64,000 nt of DNA, taken from Planktothrix sp. GU0601_MAG3. Its GTDB lineage: Bacteria > Cyanobacteriota > Cyanobacteriia > Cyanobacteriales > Microcoleaceae. The translations under genes were made by a program, and so were the position numbers. Position 1 is the first letter of the stretch. Each line of letters starts with the position of its first letter. Below, piece by piece: positions 13,643 through 24,565 of this stretch. The stretch covers positions 2,452,578 to 2,516,577 of the forward strand of contig CP136572.1 in assembly GCA_035193785.1 (NCBI GenBank), in the 5' to 3' direction. A model generated the notes under the pieces. That model did no database searches, was not told the origin of the DNA, and saw nothing but the letters and a program-made list of their open reading frames with translations.

Positions 13643-15646
13643 ATGTCTGTATTTGTACAAGTTGACCACGTTCATCGCGTTTTTAATCTCCCCAATGGAG
13701 AACGATATGTAGCCCTGAAAAATATTGAACTCAAAATTAATAAGGGGGAATTTATTACCCTTCTTGGACACTCGGGTTGTGGAAAATCCACCCTCTTAAA
13801 TATTATCGCTGGGTTAGATCAAGCCTCCCAAGGAGGGATTATTTTAGAAGGGCGAGAAGTTCGAGAACCCGGGCCAGATCGGATGGTGGTATTTCAAAAT
13901 TATTCCCTATTACCTTGGTTAACTGTTAGAGAAAATATCGCCTTAGCCGTTGATGAAGTCTATCGTAAACTGCCTAAAACCGAACGAAAAGAAATTGTTG
14001 AAAAACACATTAAATTAGTCGGTTTAAGACTGGCTGCGGATAAACGACCGGGGGAAATTTCGGGGGGGATGAAACAGCGAGTTGCGATCGCCCGTGCCCT
14101 GTCCATTCGGCCCCAATTATTACTCCTAGATGAACCCTTTGGTGCTTTAGATGCTTTAACTAGAGGGGGGTTACAGGAGCAGTTAATGAAAATCTGCGAA
14201 GCTAACCAAGTCAGCGCCGTCATGGTAACCCACGATGTCGATGAAGCCCTATTATTATCCGATCGGATTGTGATGTTAACCAACGGCCCAGAAGCTCACA
14301 TTGGGCAAATTTTAGAGGTGAATATTCCCCGTCCCCGTCAACGGATGGAAGTGGTAAATCATCCCAGCTATTATGCCCTGCGGAATGAAATTGTTTATTT
14401 TCTCAACCAACAGAAAAAAGCCAAAAAAACAGCTACCAAAAAATTACCTCTGGTGGTGGCAAAAAATGGCTTAGAAAAAGTCAATTTAGATCTGGGTTTT
14501 ATTCCCTTAACAGACTGCGCTCCCCTAATTATTGCTAAAGAAAAAGGGATCTTTGAGGAATATGGATTAAGCGAAGTTACCCTCAGTCGAGAAACCAGTT
14601 GGAAACTATTGGGTCAGGGGGTAATTGAAGGCCGTTTAGACGCAGCACAAATGGTGGCAGCAATGCCTATAGCCATGACCTTGGGCTTTGGGAAAAACCC
14701 ACCGATGCCCATGGTAACGGCCATGACCCTATCTCGAAATGGTAATGGGATTACCCTGAGTAAGAAATTGTATGAAAATGGGGTTAAAACCTTAGAAGAT
14801 TTTAAAATTTATATCGAAAATCACCTTGACAAAGTGCATACATTAGGGATGGTTCACCCCAGTTCTATGCACAATTTAATGTTGCGTTACTGGTTGGCAG
14901 CCGGAAATATTAACCCCGATCAGGATGTGAATTTAACGGTGATTCCACCCCCCCAAATGCAGGCTAATTTAAAAGCGGGAAATATTGATGGCTATTGTGT
15001 AGGGGGGCCTTGGAATGCCCGGTCTGTCTATGAGGGGCTAGGATTTGTTATTGCTAATAGTTTTGATATTTTCCCCAATGGACATACGGAGAAAGTTTTA
15101 GGCGTAACTGAAGCCTGGGCAAATCGCTATCCCAAAACCCATGTTGCCCTGGTAAAATCATTAATTGATGCCTGTGATTATTGCGATGATCGACGAAATC
15201 GAGAAGAAATTTTAGAAATATTATGTCGGGATGAATATGTCGGATCGGCTCCCGAATATACCCGCTTAGGATTCATTGATCCCGTTGACCGGGGCGATGG
15301 TCAACCACCACAATTATTAGTGAATTACAATCAGTTTCATGTGGATAAAAGCAATTGCCCTGATGCTACAGAATTTATCTGGATGATGGCAGAAATGGCC
15401 CGATGGGGAATTACACCCTTCCCTAAAAATTGGGTTTCTGTTGTCGAAAGGGTATTAAGAACTGATGTTTATGGTGAAGCAGCCCGGGAATTAGGATTAT
15501 CGGAGACAGGACGCGATCGCCAAAGCATTAAGCTATTTGACGGTACTATTTTTAATCCTCACGATCCGATTAAATATCTCAAAAATCTCAAGATTAAACA
15601 GGAAATTCGGATTGAGGAAATTATCCTAGATCCCATAGCGGCCTAG
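13643..15646 (+). CDS. nrtC: Nitrate ABC transporter ATPase with NrtA-like regulatory C-domain
   Basis: GHSGCGKS, ISGGMKQR, C-terminal LGFIPLTDCAPL. Confidence 0.95.
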   Translation: MSVFVQVDHVHRVFNLPNGERYVALKNIELKINKGEFITLLGHSGCGKSTLLNIIAGLDQASQGGIILEGREVREPGPDRMVVFQNYSLLPWLTVRENIALAVDEVYRKLPKTERKEIVEKHIKLVGLRLAADKRPGEISGGMKQRVAIARALSIRPQLLLLDEPFGALDALTRGGLQEQLMKICEANQVSAVMVTHDVDEALLLSDRIVMLTNGPEAHIGQILEVNIPRPRQRMEVVNHPSYYALRNEIVYFLNQQKKAKKTATKKLPLVVAKNGLEKVNLDLGFIPLTDCAPLIIAKEKGIFEEYGLSEVTLSRETSWKLLGQGVIEGRLDAAQMVAAMPIAMTLGFGKNPPMPMVTAMTLSRNGNGITLSKKLYENGVKTLEDFKIYIENHLDKVHTLGMVHPSSMHNLMLRYWLAAGNINPDQDVNLTVIPPPQMQANLKAGNIDGYCVGGPWNARSVYEGLGFVIANSFDIFPNGHTEKVLGVTEAWANRYPKTHVALVKSLIDACDYCDDRRNREEILEILCRDEYVGSAPEYTRLGFIDPVDRGDGQPPQLLVNYNQFHVDKSNCPDATEFIWMMAEMARWGITPFPKNWVSVVERVLRTDVYGEAARELGLSETGRDRQSIKLFDGTIFNPHDPIKYLKNLKIKQEIRIEEIILDPIAA

Positions 15647-15683
15647 CAATTGAATCGTCAACCGTTGTTTAGTCTAAAAAATT

Positions 15684-17604
15684 ATGCAAATTTTAGATAG
15701 TATTTCTTCTAAACCAATGCCATCCTCCAAATCCGATGCTTTTTTGCTGATTGATCAAGTTTCCAAAGTCTATAACACAGCAAAAGGTGAATATGTTGTG
15801 CTTGAAGATGTCAATCTTCAGGTGCAAGAAGGCGAATTTATTTGTGTTATTGGTCACTCCGGTTGCGGAAAATCTACCCTATTAAATATGGTGGCGGGGT
15901 TTAATCAACCCACCAACGGGGTCATATCCGTTAAGGGACAAGAGATCACCGAACCCGGGCCAGAACGGATGGTAGTATTTCAAAACTATTCCCTGTTACC
16001 TTGGTTAACCGCAAAAGAAAATATCCAGTTAGGAGTTGAGTCAGTATATCCTGACAAATCCAGCGCCGAACATAAGGCAATTGTTAACGAAAATTTAGAG
16101 TTAGTCGGGCTATCGGAAGCGGCCCATAAAAAACCCTCCCAACTCTCCGGGGGTATGAAACAGAGGGTTTCTATCGCTAGGGCTTTAGCCACTCGTCCCC
16201 AAATGCTAATTTTAGACGAACCCTTTGGCGCCTTAGACCCCATTACCCGGGAAGAATTACAGGAAGAACTCTTGAGTATTTGGCAAGATCATCGGATTAC
16301 GGTGTTAATGATTACCCATGATATCGATGAAGCCTTGTTTTTAGCCGATCGCCTGGTGATGATGACCAATGGCCCAGCGGCTCAAATTGGCGAGATCCTA
16401 GATATTCCCTTCTCCCGTCCCCGTAACCGTGCCAAGATTACCGAAGACCCCCGATATTACGAATTGCGGAAACCAGGCCCTAGATTTCCTATTCCGGCGT
16501 TTTGCTCACCATGAAGAAGATCAAGATACCACTGAAGATACAATCACTGACACGGAATCAGCACAAAGCACTACAATAGCACCCAGTTCTAGTCCTATAG
16601 CAACAGAGGTGCTAAATATGCAACCTGATAAACCGAACCCTAACCCCAATCTTAGTCCTAACCTTAGCCCCAAAGATAATCCTTATGCTCAACCTTCTGA
16701 ACCCGAATTAACCCATGGGGCTGACCTCGCAACGGCCGAGGAAGAAATGTCACCTGAAATGAAAACCAAGGTGTTATTTGCTCTGTGGGGAGTAATTCTG
16801 GCTACTTTCATTGGATCAATTGTTTTTAGTTCTACCACCACCGCTAATAAAGAGGAAAAAACCCCAGAGTCTTCCTCGGCGACGATGGGGGAAACGGCAA
16901 CTACCCCCGTTGTGGAAACCATGACTCCGGCAACTATAGCCTCTCCCACCATGGCCCCGACCCCCACTGCCACCTTATCACCCTCTGTCAGTCCCTCTGC
17001 TTCCCTGGAGGCTACGCCAACCGCCTCTCCTAATGTCGTGGCGACGACTTCTCCCAGTCCCAATAGCGTTGCATCTACGACAACAACAACGGCGATCGCA
17101 CCTACCACAACGGCGTCACCAATGGTTTCTCCGTCTCCCGTGGCTACGACATCCCCAACCCCAGGGAGTTTAGCCCCTGCTTCGGTTTCTGCTTCTGCTT
17201 CTCCCGATACAACAGCAATATCACCGACAACATCGCCGACAATATCACCGACAACAACGGCGTCGCCAACCTCCTCTCCCGCTTCCGTGGCAACAGCCCC
17301 TAGTAGCACAACGGCAAAAACCCCTAGTGCGGAGGATTTAGAAAAGTTAAATCAAGAGGTTTTTTCTAACATTAATGAGGCTTGGACAAGTACCCCAGTG
17401 ACCGCAGTTTCTGTTTATCTGGTTAAAGTGAGTCAAACGGGGGAAATTTTGGGTTATGAAGCTAAATCTCCCGATGCGACTGAAAACCTGAATAATACCC
17501 CCCTGCCTCAGTTAGTGAAATCGGATGCGACCCAAACACCCTATACACAATTTGAGGTAACATTTACCCCCGTGGGAACCTTGGATTTAAAACCCGTTCC
17601 ATAG
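15684..17604 (+). CDS. nrtD: Nitrate ABC transporter ATPase NrtD with long C-terminal TM + Ser/Thr/Pro-rich extension (split by +1 at GAAAC 16469-16473)
   Basis: GHSGCGKS, LSGGMKQR; repair gives YYELRNQALDFLFRRFAHHEE, continuing without stop to 17604. Confidence 0.8.
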
Positions 17605-17830
17605 GGAATATTTTAAGAGGAATTGGGAGTTAATTATTATCCCAATTTCTCTATATAAATAGAAGGGAACAGGGAACACCGGAACGGGGAATGCGGAATT
17701 ACGAATGGGTAATATTATTGAATTTATTAATTTTAATAATTAGTAGGTGAACGGTTGAATCTATAGGTTTATCATTTTTAAACACCAACTTTCATCAAGG
17801 GTTCAAGCCCAACAACTATTTTATAAAACA

Positions 17831-19999
17831 ATGAAATCGATTAAAACACTTTGTCCTTTCTGTGGTGTCGGTTGTGGTTTGGAAATTCTATCCACAGCCA
17901 CGGCCGATCAAGATATTAAAAAAGATGAACCGGAAAACCCGATTTGGAAGGTGAGAGGCGATCGCCAACATCCCTCTAGTTTAGGAATGGTCTGTGTTAA
18001 AGGAGCCACCGTCACCGAATCGATCCACCGTGATCGGCTTTTACACCCGATGATTAGAGAAAACCTAGACCAACCATTCCGCCAGGGGAGTTGGGAAGAA
18101 GCCCTAACTCTGATCGTGGATCGGATCAAAACCGTTCGTGATGAATATGGTTCCGATGCCCTATGTATATACGGCTCCGGTCAGTTTGTTACCGAAGATT
18201 ATTATATCGCGCAAAAACTATTAAAAGGGTGTTTGGGAACCAATAACTTTGATGCAAATTCTCGTTTATGTATGTCATCGGCTGTGTCGGGTTATGTTCA
18301 GAGCTTGGGGTCTGATGGGCCTCCCTGTTGTTATGATGATTTAGAATTAACTGATTGTGCCTTTATTGTAGGTAGTAATACCGCCGAATGTCATCCGATT
18401 ATCTTTAATCGTTTAGCCAAATATCATAAAAGAAATCCCCACGTTAAACTAATTGTGGCTGACCCTCGATATACTCAAACAGCCCAAGCCGCCGATCTGC
18501 ATTTACCCATTCGCCCCGGAACCGATATTGACCTATTTAATGGTATTGGTTATTTACTATTAAAATCGGGAGATATAGATACACTTTTTGTGGATGAATG
18601 TACCCGGAATTTCCCAGAATATGCTGAACTTTTACAAGATTATCCTCCCGAAAAAGTTGCCGAAACCTGTGGAATTACTATCGAAGCTTTAGAAACCGCA
18701 GCCCGTTATTGGCAAGAATCAAAACGGGTTTTATCTCTGTGGTCAATGGGATTAAATCAATCCTCCGAGGGCACGGCAAAAGTGCGATCGCTAATTAATC
18801 TACACCTGATGACCGGTCAAATTGGTAAACCCGGTTCTGGCCCCTTTTCCCTGACCGGACAACCGAACGCCATGGGCGGAAGGGAAGCCGGAGGACTAGC
18901 CCATCTATTACCCGGCTATCGATTTGTGACTAACCCCCAACATCGGGCCGAAGTCGAACGGTTTTGGGGTATTCCCGAGGGTAGAATTTCCCCCTACATC
19001 GGACGCACCGTTTGGGATATGATTCTCGGTTTAGAACGGGATGAAGTGCAGTTTCTCTGGATCGCCGCCACCAACCCCGCCGTGAGTATGCCCGACCTGG
19101 AACGCACCAAAGCCGCCCTGTTAAAATCCCCCTTTACCGTCTATCAAGAGGCCTACTATCCCACAGAAACCTCGGCTTATGCCCATATTTTACTCCCCGC
19201 CACCCAATGGAGTGAAAAAACCGGGGTAATGACCAACTCCGAACGGCGTGTCACCTACTGTCCGGGGTTTGATGTCCCTTTAGGAGAAGCCCGACACGAC
19301 TGGGAGATTTTTGCCGAAGTTGGCAGGCGTTTAGGGTTTAAAGAACAATTTGCTTTCCAAACTCCGGCGGATGTCTATGCTGAATTTGTGCGGCTTACTA
19401 AGGGCCGTCCCTGTGATCAGTCGGGGTTAAGCCATGAACGTTTGCAACAACAGGGGCCGACCCAATGGCCTTGTCCAGTAGGGGAAGTTGACTCTAGTAT
19501 TTCTTCCCAACGCCTCTACACCAATAATTATTTTGCCACCCCCGACGGTCGGGCGATTTTTGGCCCCTATCATTCCAAGGGGTTAGCCGAACCCTGCGAT
19601 CCTAATTATCCCTATGTCCTAACAACGGGTCGTCTGTATGGTCATTGGCACACCCTTACCCGCACCGGGAGAACGGCAAAAACCAAACAAATGCACCCCA
19701 ACCCCTTCATAGAAATTCATCCCCAGGATGCGGCTAATTTGGGGATTGAAAATGGCGATCTTGTGGAAGCCCGTTCTCGACGGGGAAGTTGTCAATTTCC
19801 GGCTAAGGTCACGGCCTTTATTGCCCCGGGCATCGTCTTTGTCCCGATGCACTGGGGGGCATTGTGGGCATCGGACGCAGAAGCCAATAATTTAACCCAT
19901 CCCCACGCCTGTCCCGACTCCCACCAACCGGAATTAAAAGCCTGTGCGGTACAGCTATCAGTGATCAGTGATCAGTTATCAGTCATCAGTCATCAGTGA
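17831..19999 (+). CDS. narB: Ferredoxin-nitrate reductase
   Basis: CPFCGVGCG...C [4Fe-4S] motif, [23 protein letters not shown]. Confidence 0.95.
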   Translation: MKSIKTLCPFCGVGCGLEILSTATADQDIKKDEPENPIWKVRGDRQHPSSLGMVCVKGATVTESIHRDRLLHPMIRENLDQPFRQGSWEEALTLIVDRIKTVRDEYGSDALCIYGSGQFVTEDYYIAQKLLKGCLGTNNFDANSRLCMSSAVSGYVQSLGSDGPPCCYDDLELTDCAFIVGSNTAECHPIIFNRLAKYHKRNPHVKLIVADPRYTQTAQAADLHLPIRPGTDIDLFNGIGYLLLKSGDIDTLFVDECTRNFPEYAELLQDYPPEKVAETCGITIEALETAARYWQESKRVLSLWSMGLNQSSEGTAKVRSLINLHLMTGQIGKPGSGPFSLTGQPNAMGGREAGGLAHLLPGYRFVTNPQHRAEVERFWGIPEGRISPYIGRTVWDMILGLERDEVQFLWIAATNPAVSMPDLERTKAALLKSPFTVYQEAYYPTETSAYAHILLPATQWSEKTGVMTNSERRVTYCPGFDVPLGEARHDWEIFAEVGRRLGFKEQFAFQTPADVYAEFVRLTKGRPCDQSGLSHERLQQQGPTQWPCPVGEVDSSISSQRLYTNNYFATPDGRAIFGPYHSKGLAEPCDPNYPYVLTTGRLYGHWHTLTRTGRTAKTKQMHPNPFIEIHPQDAANLGIENGDLVEARSRRGSCQFPAKVTAFIAPGIVFVPMHWGALWASDAEANNLTHPHACPDSHQPELKACAVQLSVISDQLSVISHQ

Positions 20000-20160
20000 T
20001 CAGTGATCAGTCATCAGTCATCAGTGTCAGAGTTATCAGTTATGGCCGTTGCCACATCTATTAGGACATTCTTGAAAGCTAAAAGCTGCTCATAGTAAGT
20101 ATTTACCTATAGCGAGATTGCCCATTGCCTCTTGCCTATTGCCTCTTGCCTATTCCCATA
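19951..20160. repeat. Heptameric STRR tracts (CAGTTAT/CAGTCAT/CAGTGAT; TTGCCTA/TTGCCTC)
   Basis: Short tandem heptamers overlapping the narB 3' end and downstream. Confidence 0.8.
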
Positions 20161-20372
20161 TCAGTTATTGGTGGGGAACCTTTGACAATTTCTATCGACT
20201 ACTAGAATAAGTCAGGAGTTAGAAAAACGGCTAACTCGCATCTACCCCAGAGAAATTCAAAAGTCTGATCAGAACCTTTAAAATCATCTCTGGGGATCAT
20301 GCAAAGTCCCTGAAAAAATGTTAGCCTAAAATAAATAAAGGGATTATTAATTTTATTAAGTTGAGTTGAACT

Positions 20373-21284
20373 ATGAAACCGACATTAACCTTAGCAACAT
20401 TAGTATTATTAGCCAGTTCGATGCTCCCAGCCCATGCTGTGATGCCCAATAACCGGATTAATACGGATTCCGCCAGACAACCTTCTCAAGATTTAATTCT
20501 GGCCCAAAATAATTTTGACCAATATCGTCAACAGCGTCATGCACAGTTGGAACAACAAATGCGGGAGGAGGTGAAAAAACCTCAATATAATAATTTGTCC
20601 GCAGCCCAAAAAGCCCAAATAATTCGAGATGCCCATAAGGCTTTAGATCAAAGTTTAGACCGGGAATATGAAACTTGGAAAAAACAGCAATCTAATAATA
20701 ATGGTCGTTACAACAATAATGGTCGTTATAATAACAACCCTAACAATCCTAATAATCAACAATCCTTTGAGCAATATCGTCAGCAACGCCATGCACAGTT
20801 AGAACAACAAATGCGACAAGAGGTAAATCAACCTCAATATAATAATTTGTCCGCAGCCCAAAAAGCTCAAATGATTCGAGATGCTCATACTAATTTGGAT
20901 CAAAGTTTAGATCGGGAGTATGAAACCAGGAAACAACAATCTAATAATGGTAGTTATAATAACAACCCTAACAATCCCAATAGTCAACAATCCTTTGAGC
21001 AATATCGTCAGCAACGTCACGCACAGTTAGAACAACAAATGCGACAAGAGGTAAATCAACCCCAATATCGTAATTTATCCGCAGCCCAAAAAGCCCAAAT
21101 GATTCGAGATGCTCATACTAATTTGGATCGAAGTTTAGATCAGGAGTATCAAGCCTGGCAACGGGGCAACAATAACGGGAATTATAATGGTCAGTATGAT
21201 TCGGGAAACTATAATGGCAGCGATCGCTATGATCGTTATGATCGTAACAATCAACCCTATCCTAATGGGGGTTACAATCGTTAA
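20373..21284 (+). CDS. Secreted protein with three ~53-aa helical repeats and Asn-rich linkers
   Basis: Signal peptide ...LPAHA; 3x F(D/E)QYRQQRHAQLEQQMR...LSAAQKAQ.IRDAH...LD.EY. Confidence 0.8.
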   Translation: MKPTLTLATLVLLASSMLPAHAVMPNNRINTDSARQPSQDLILAQNNFDQYRQQRHAQLEQQMREEVKKPQYNNLSAAQKAQIIRDAHKALDQSLDREYETWKKQQSNNNGRYNNNGRYNNNPNNPNNQQSFEQYRQQRHAQLEQQMRQEVNQPQYNNLSAAQKAQMIRDAHTNLDQSLDREYETRKQQSNNGSYNNNPNNPNSQQSFEQYRQQRHAQLEQQMRQEVNQPQYRNLSAAQKAQMIRDAHTNLDRSLDQEYQAWQRGNNNGNYNGQYDSGNYNGSDRYDRYDRNNQPYPNGGYNR

Positions 21285-21573
21285 TCGTAGGGTGTGTAAT
21301 TACAGCACACCAATCATCTAGGATATCTCAAATCATTTGATCATTAATTATAATGAAAGTGGTAGGGGCGAATGGCCATTCGCCCCTACTCAATTTTTAG
21401 CTTATTTGCTTGTCAATAATCTGAGATCTATGATTAAACTTAATCATAAATCATGGAACCCGATTGCCAAAATGCAATTATTAAAAAATGTTAAACACAA
21501 AAATATAAAAACTTTCTTAAGATTTACAGTTATATTTGAAGATACAAGCCAAAACAACCGGAGTAGTACACCC

Positions 21574-22483
21574 ATGCAAGTTAATCACCTGTTGAGGGAA
21601 TATGAAGAAGGGGAAAGAGATTTTACGGAAGTAGACCTAGAAGGTGCAGACCTATCGGGGGTGATTTTGATTGGGGTTAACCTTTCCAGAGCCAATTTAA
21701 CGGGGGCTAACTTGAGTCGAGCCTTCCTGAGTCGGGTTAAATTGAATGGGGCGTGTTTGCATCGAGGGAATCTGAGTTATGCCAAAATGAATGAGGCAAA
21801 ATTAGGGGATGGAAACTTAACCAAAGCTAATTTGACGGGGACTTTTTTGGTTAATGCTAAACTTCCCAATGCTAATTTAAGCGGTGCGATTTTAGCCGGA
21901 GCTAATTTAAGACGTGCCACCCTACCGAATTCTAATTTATGTTCGGCAAACTTGCAATTCTCCAATTTAAGAGAAGCAAATTTAACCGGAGTTAACTTAA
22001 AATGGGCGAATTTAGTTTCGGCAAAACTCAGTGGGGCTAATTTATTTGGAGCAGAATTAACGGGAGTTAATTTACAAAAAGCCTACCTGAATGGGATTAA
22101 ATTAAGTCGCGTTAATCTTGAGGGCGTTAATCTGCATGAAGCCCGACTGAATGGGGCTGATTTAGAGGAAGCATCCCTAATTAATGCTAATCTAAGTCAA
22201 GCTCAAATGCGGGGTATTCGCTTAACTAAAGCCGATTTAACCGGAGCTAATTTAGAAACAGGCGAGTCTGATGTGGGCGAATTTAAACTGGGCAAAATTA
22301 TCGCAAGCGGACTTGAGAGATGCGGATTTAAGAGATGCTTCATTATTGGGAGCTACCCTGGAAAATACTCAATTCCAAGGAGCACAATTGCCACAATCTT
22401 TAAAACTTTATCTGGATTTAGCAATAACCTGCTCTAATTTATATCAAGGTCATACTCAAAAATGTGCAGTTGAGTTAGGATAA
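21574..22483 (+). CDS. Pentapeptide-repeat protein (split by +1 at GAAAC 22255-22259)
   Basis: YEEGERDF start, A(N/D)Lxx repeats; repair gives ANLEQ ASLMW ANLNW. Confidence 0.9.
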
Positions 22484-22510
22484 TTAAAATTAAGATTTAA
22501 CAGCACATTA

Positions 22511-22834
22511 ATGGCAACGGATTATATTGTAGTTTTTGTTACGGCAAGTTCTCGTTTGGAAGCGGAAAAAATTGCTCAGGTATTGGTGGAAGAAAAACTA
22601 GCCGCCTGTGTTAGTTTAATGCCAATTCATTCTATTTATACCTGGCAATCAGAATTATGTCGGGAGGATGAATGGCAATTACTAATTAAAACGGATCTTA
22701 GACAGTTTGAGCCTTTGGAAATAAGAATTAAACAACTGCACTCCTACGAAGTGCCAGAAATTATTGCTTTACCGATTATCAAAGGTTCGGTAAGTTATTT
22801 AAGCTGGATTTCTGGAGAAATTCAGACTCGTTGA
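22511..22834 (+). CDS. cutA: Divalent-cation tolerance protein CutA
   Basis: LVEEKLAACV, SIYTWQ, HSYEVPEIIALP. Confidence 0.92.
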   Translation: MATDYIVVFVTASSRLEAEKIAQVLVEEKLAACVSLMPIHSIYTWQSELCREDEWQLLIKTDLRQFEPLEIRIKQLHSYEVPEIIALPIIKGSVSYLSWISGEIQTR

Positions 22835-22922
22835 AAACTTTTTTTCTCTTAATGATTTTATTGGCTTTTATGATGTATTATTGTTCATGGGAGACTTATA
22901 AACTTTAAAGGATTGCAGAATA

Positions 22923-23276
22923 ATGGATACCAGTTTTGTGAATCGGATTGTCATTTCTACTTGTCTATCTTTGCCCCTAATTTCTTTAACCGCCCTGAGT
23001 GCTTTAGCTGGTACGATTAACATTGAAGTGATTAATAATAGTGGGGAAGCGATCAGGGCTCTGTATATCTCACCTGCAAATAAAGAAGATTGGAGTAGTG
23101 ATCAGATCTCAAAAACAATTCCTGATTTTGGTAGATATGATATTTTGGAGTGGGACGACTATGACCTTTGTTTTTTTGATTTTCGTGCTGAATATGAAGA
23201 TGGAACATCAACAGATTTAAGGGATGTTGATCTGTGTAGGAAAGCGTCCGTAATTTTTAAAGAAATTAATCGGTAA
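22923..23276 (+). CDS. Hypothetical secreted protein
   Basis: Signal peptide; INNSG..I..LYISP..C.FDFRAEYEDG..DLC. Confidence 0.7.
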   Translation: MDTSFVNRIVISTCLSLPLISLTALSALAGTINIEVINNSGEAIRALYISPANKEDWSSDQISKTIPDFGRYDILEWDDYDLCFFDFRAEYEDGTSTDLRDVDLCRKASVIFKEINR

Positions 23277-23367
23277 CTAGCACTCAACAACAAGTTGCTA
23301 AACTTCTGGAGGTGAATAGTTCATTGATTACGGCGGCGGACTTTTTCGCTAATAATTTCCTTTAGGA

Positions 23368-24562
23368 TTAGGGTTTTGGCTTTTTGGTTGCTAACATCAT
23401 GTTAGATTGATTCACCCCAAACTTATAACCCACTCCAAAATTAAGGGGTTTCACAGCAGCATTGCTTTGATAAACTTTCCTTAAATCCGGTTGATAGCGA
23501 ACACTAAATAAAGGAATTGGAGTGGTATAGGTTCCAAAAAAGTTTAAATTCCATTGTTTTTCTGTAAAAAAGTTAAGGGGAATTCCTGAATCATCCTGTA
23601 AAATGGCTTGACTTTGGGCTAGAATTAACTCTCGAATTCCAGCAAAGGCGGGTCTGTGCATTAAATAGGATGCGGCTTTAAGATAGGTAACGGGTTGCTC
23701 AATTTGTTTGATAAATTTGCTGAATTGGGGTGTTTTTTTCAAGCCGTCATCGGAAATATCGGCGGAAAAATAATATAAAGTTCGAGGTTCTTTTTCTCCT
23801 TGAGGAACAAAATCAATTTTTACCCCGGGAATCATACCTTTTTCAAATTTTTGAACCTTAGCATCCTTATCTAATCCAATATATTGTAATTCTAAAATTC
23901 TATTATTTGTCCTCGCCATAAATAATAAAATTAAAGGTAAAACTCCCTGATTGGATAAATCAGACTTCATTTCTTTGGTTTGAAAAAAGCTAAACTGAAG
24001 TAAAGAATAGAGGGAGTTTTTAACATCCCCCAATTTTTGATGACGCTGAGTTTCTGATAATTCCTTAAGATTGGGCATCGTTTCCCACGGGTTCTAAAGC
24101 CACCAGCACATATTCTTGGGCGGTCGGGAAAAACAAATTAGCATATAGGAAATCCGGCCCACTAAAGGGATAAAAAATCCGAGGATTGGATTGATTAATC
24201 GCCGCTAATTCCTGTTTTGACCAGTCGCTAACTTTTGCCAGTTGTTGTTTTTCTAATTTTGACCAAGCTGGATCAATAAAACTGTGATAATTAACCCAAA
24301 ATTTAGATTGGGTGAGGGAATAAAACTGACTTTTCGGATCAACTTTCATTCCCGCAATTAATTTAGCGGTATCGGTTAAATAATCCGCTTGTTTTTGATC
24401 ATATAGGGCTAAGGGATCAATCGGGGGAGGGGGATTTTCTGGGGAGGTTTTTGGGGTTTCAATTCCTGGGGATTTTTCCGTCTTTTCTTGCAGTTCGGTT
24501 TGAACACAGGACTGCAAACCAACAAAACTTAAAATGATTAGTAATAGGGCTGAGAATTTCAT
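23368..24562 (-). CDS. Hypothetical lipoprotein (split by +1 at GTTTC 24080-24084)
   Basis: LQSC lipobox-like, FYPFSGPDFL, LKAASYLMH, QDDSGIP; repair gives LEPVGTMPNL. Confidence 0.75.
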
Positions 24563-24565
24563 AAA

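Noticed and set aside
16689..17309. Antisense 206-aa ORF (and similar shadow ORFs at 822, 4944, 37236, 49453, 52740)
   Set aside because: Shadows of real genes or low-complexity coding sequence.
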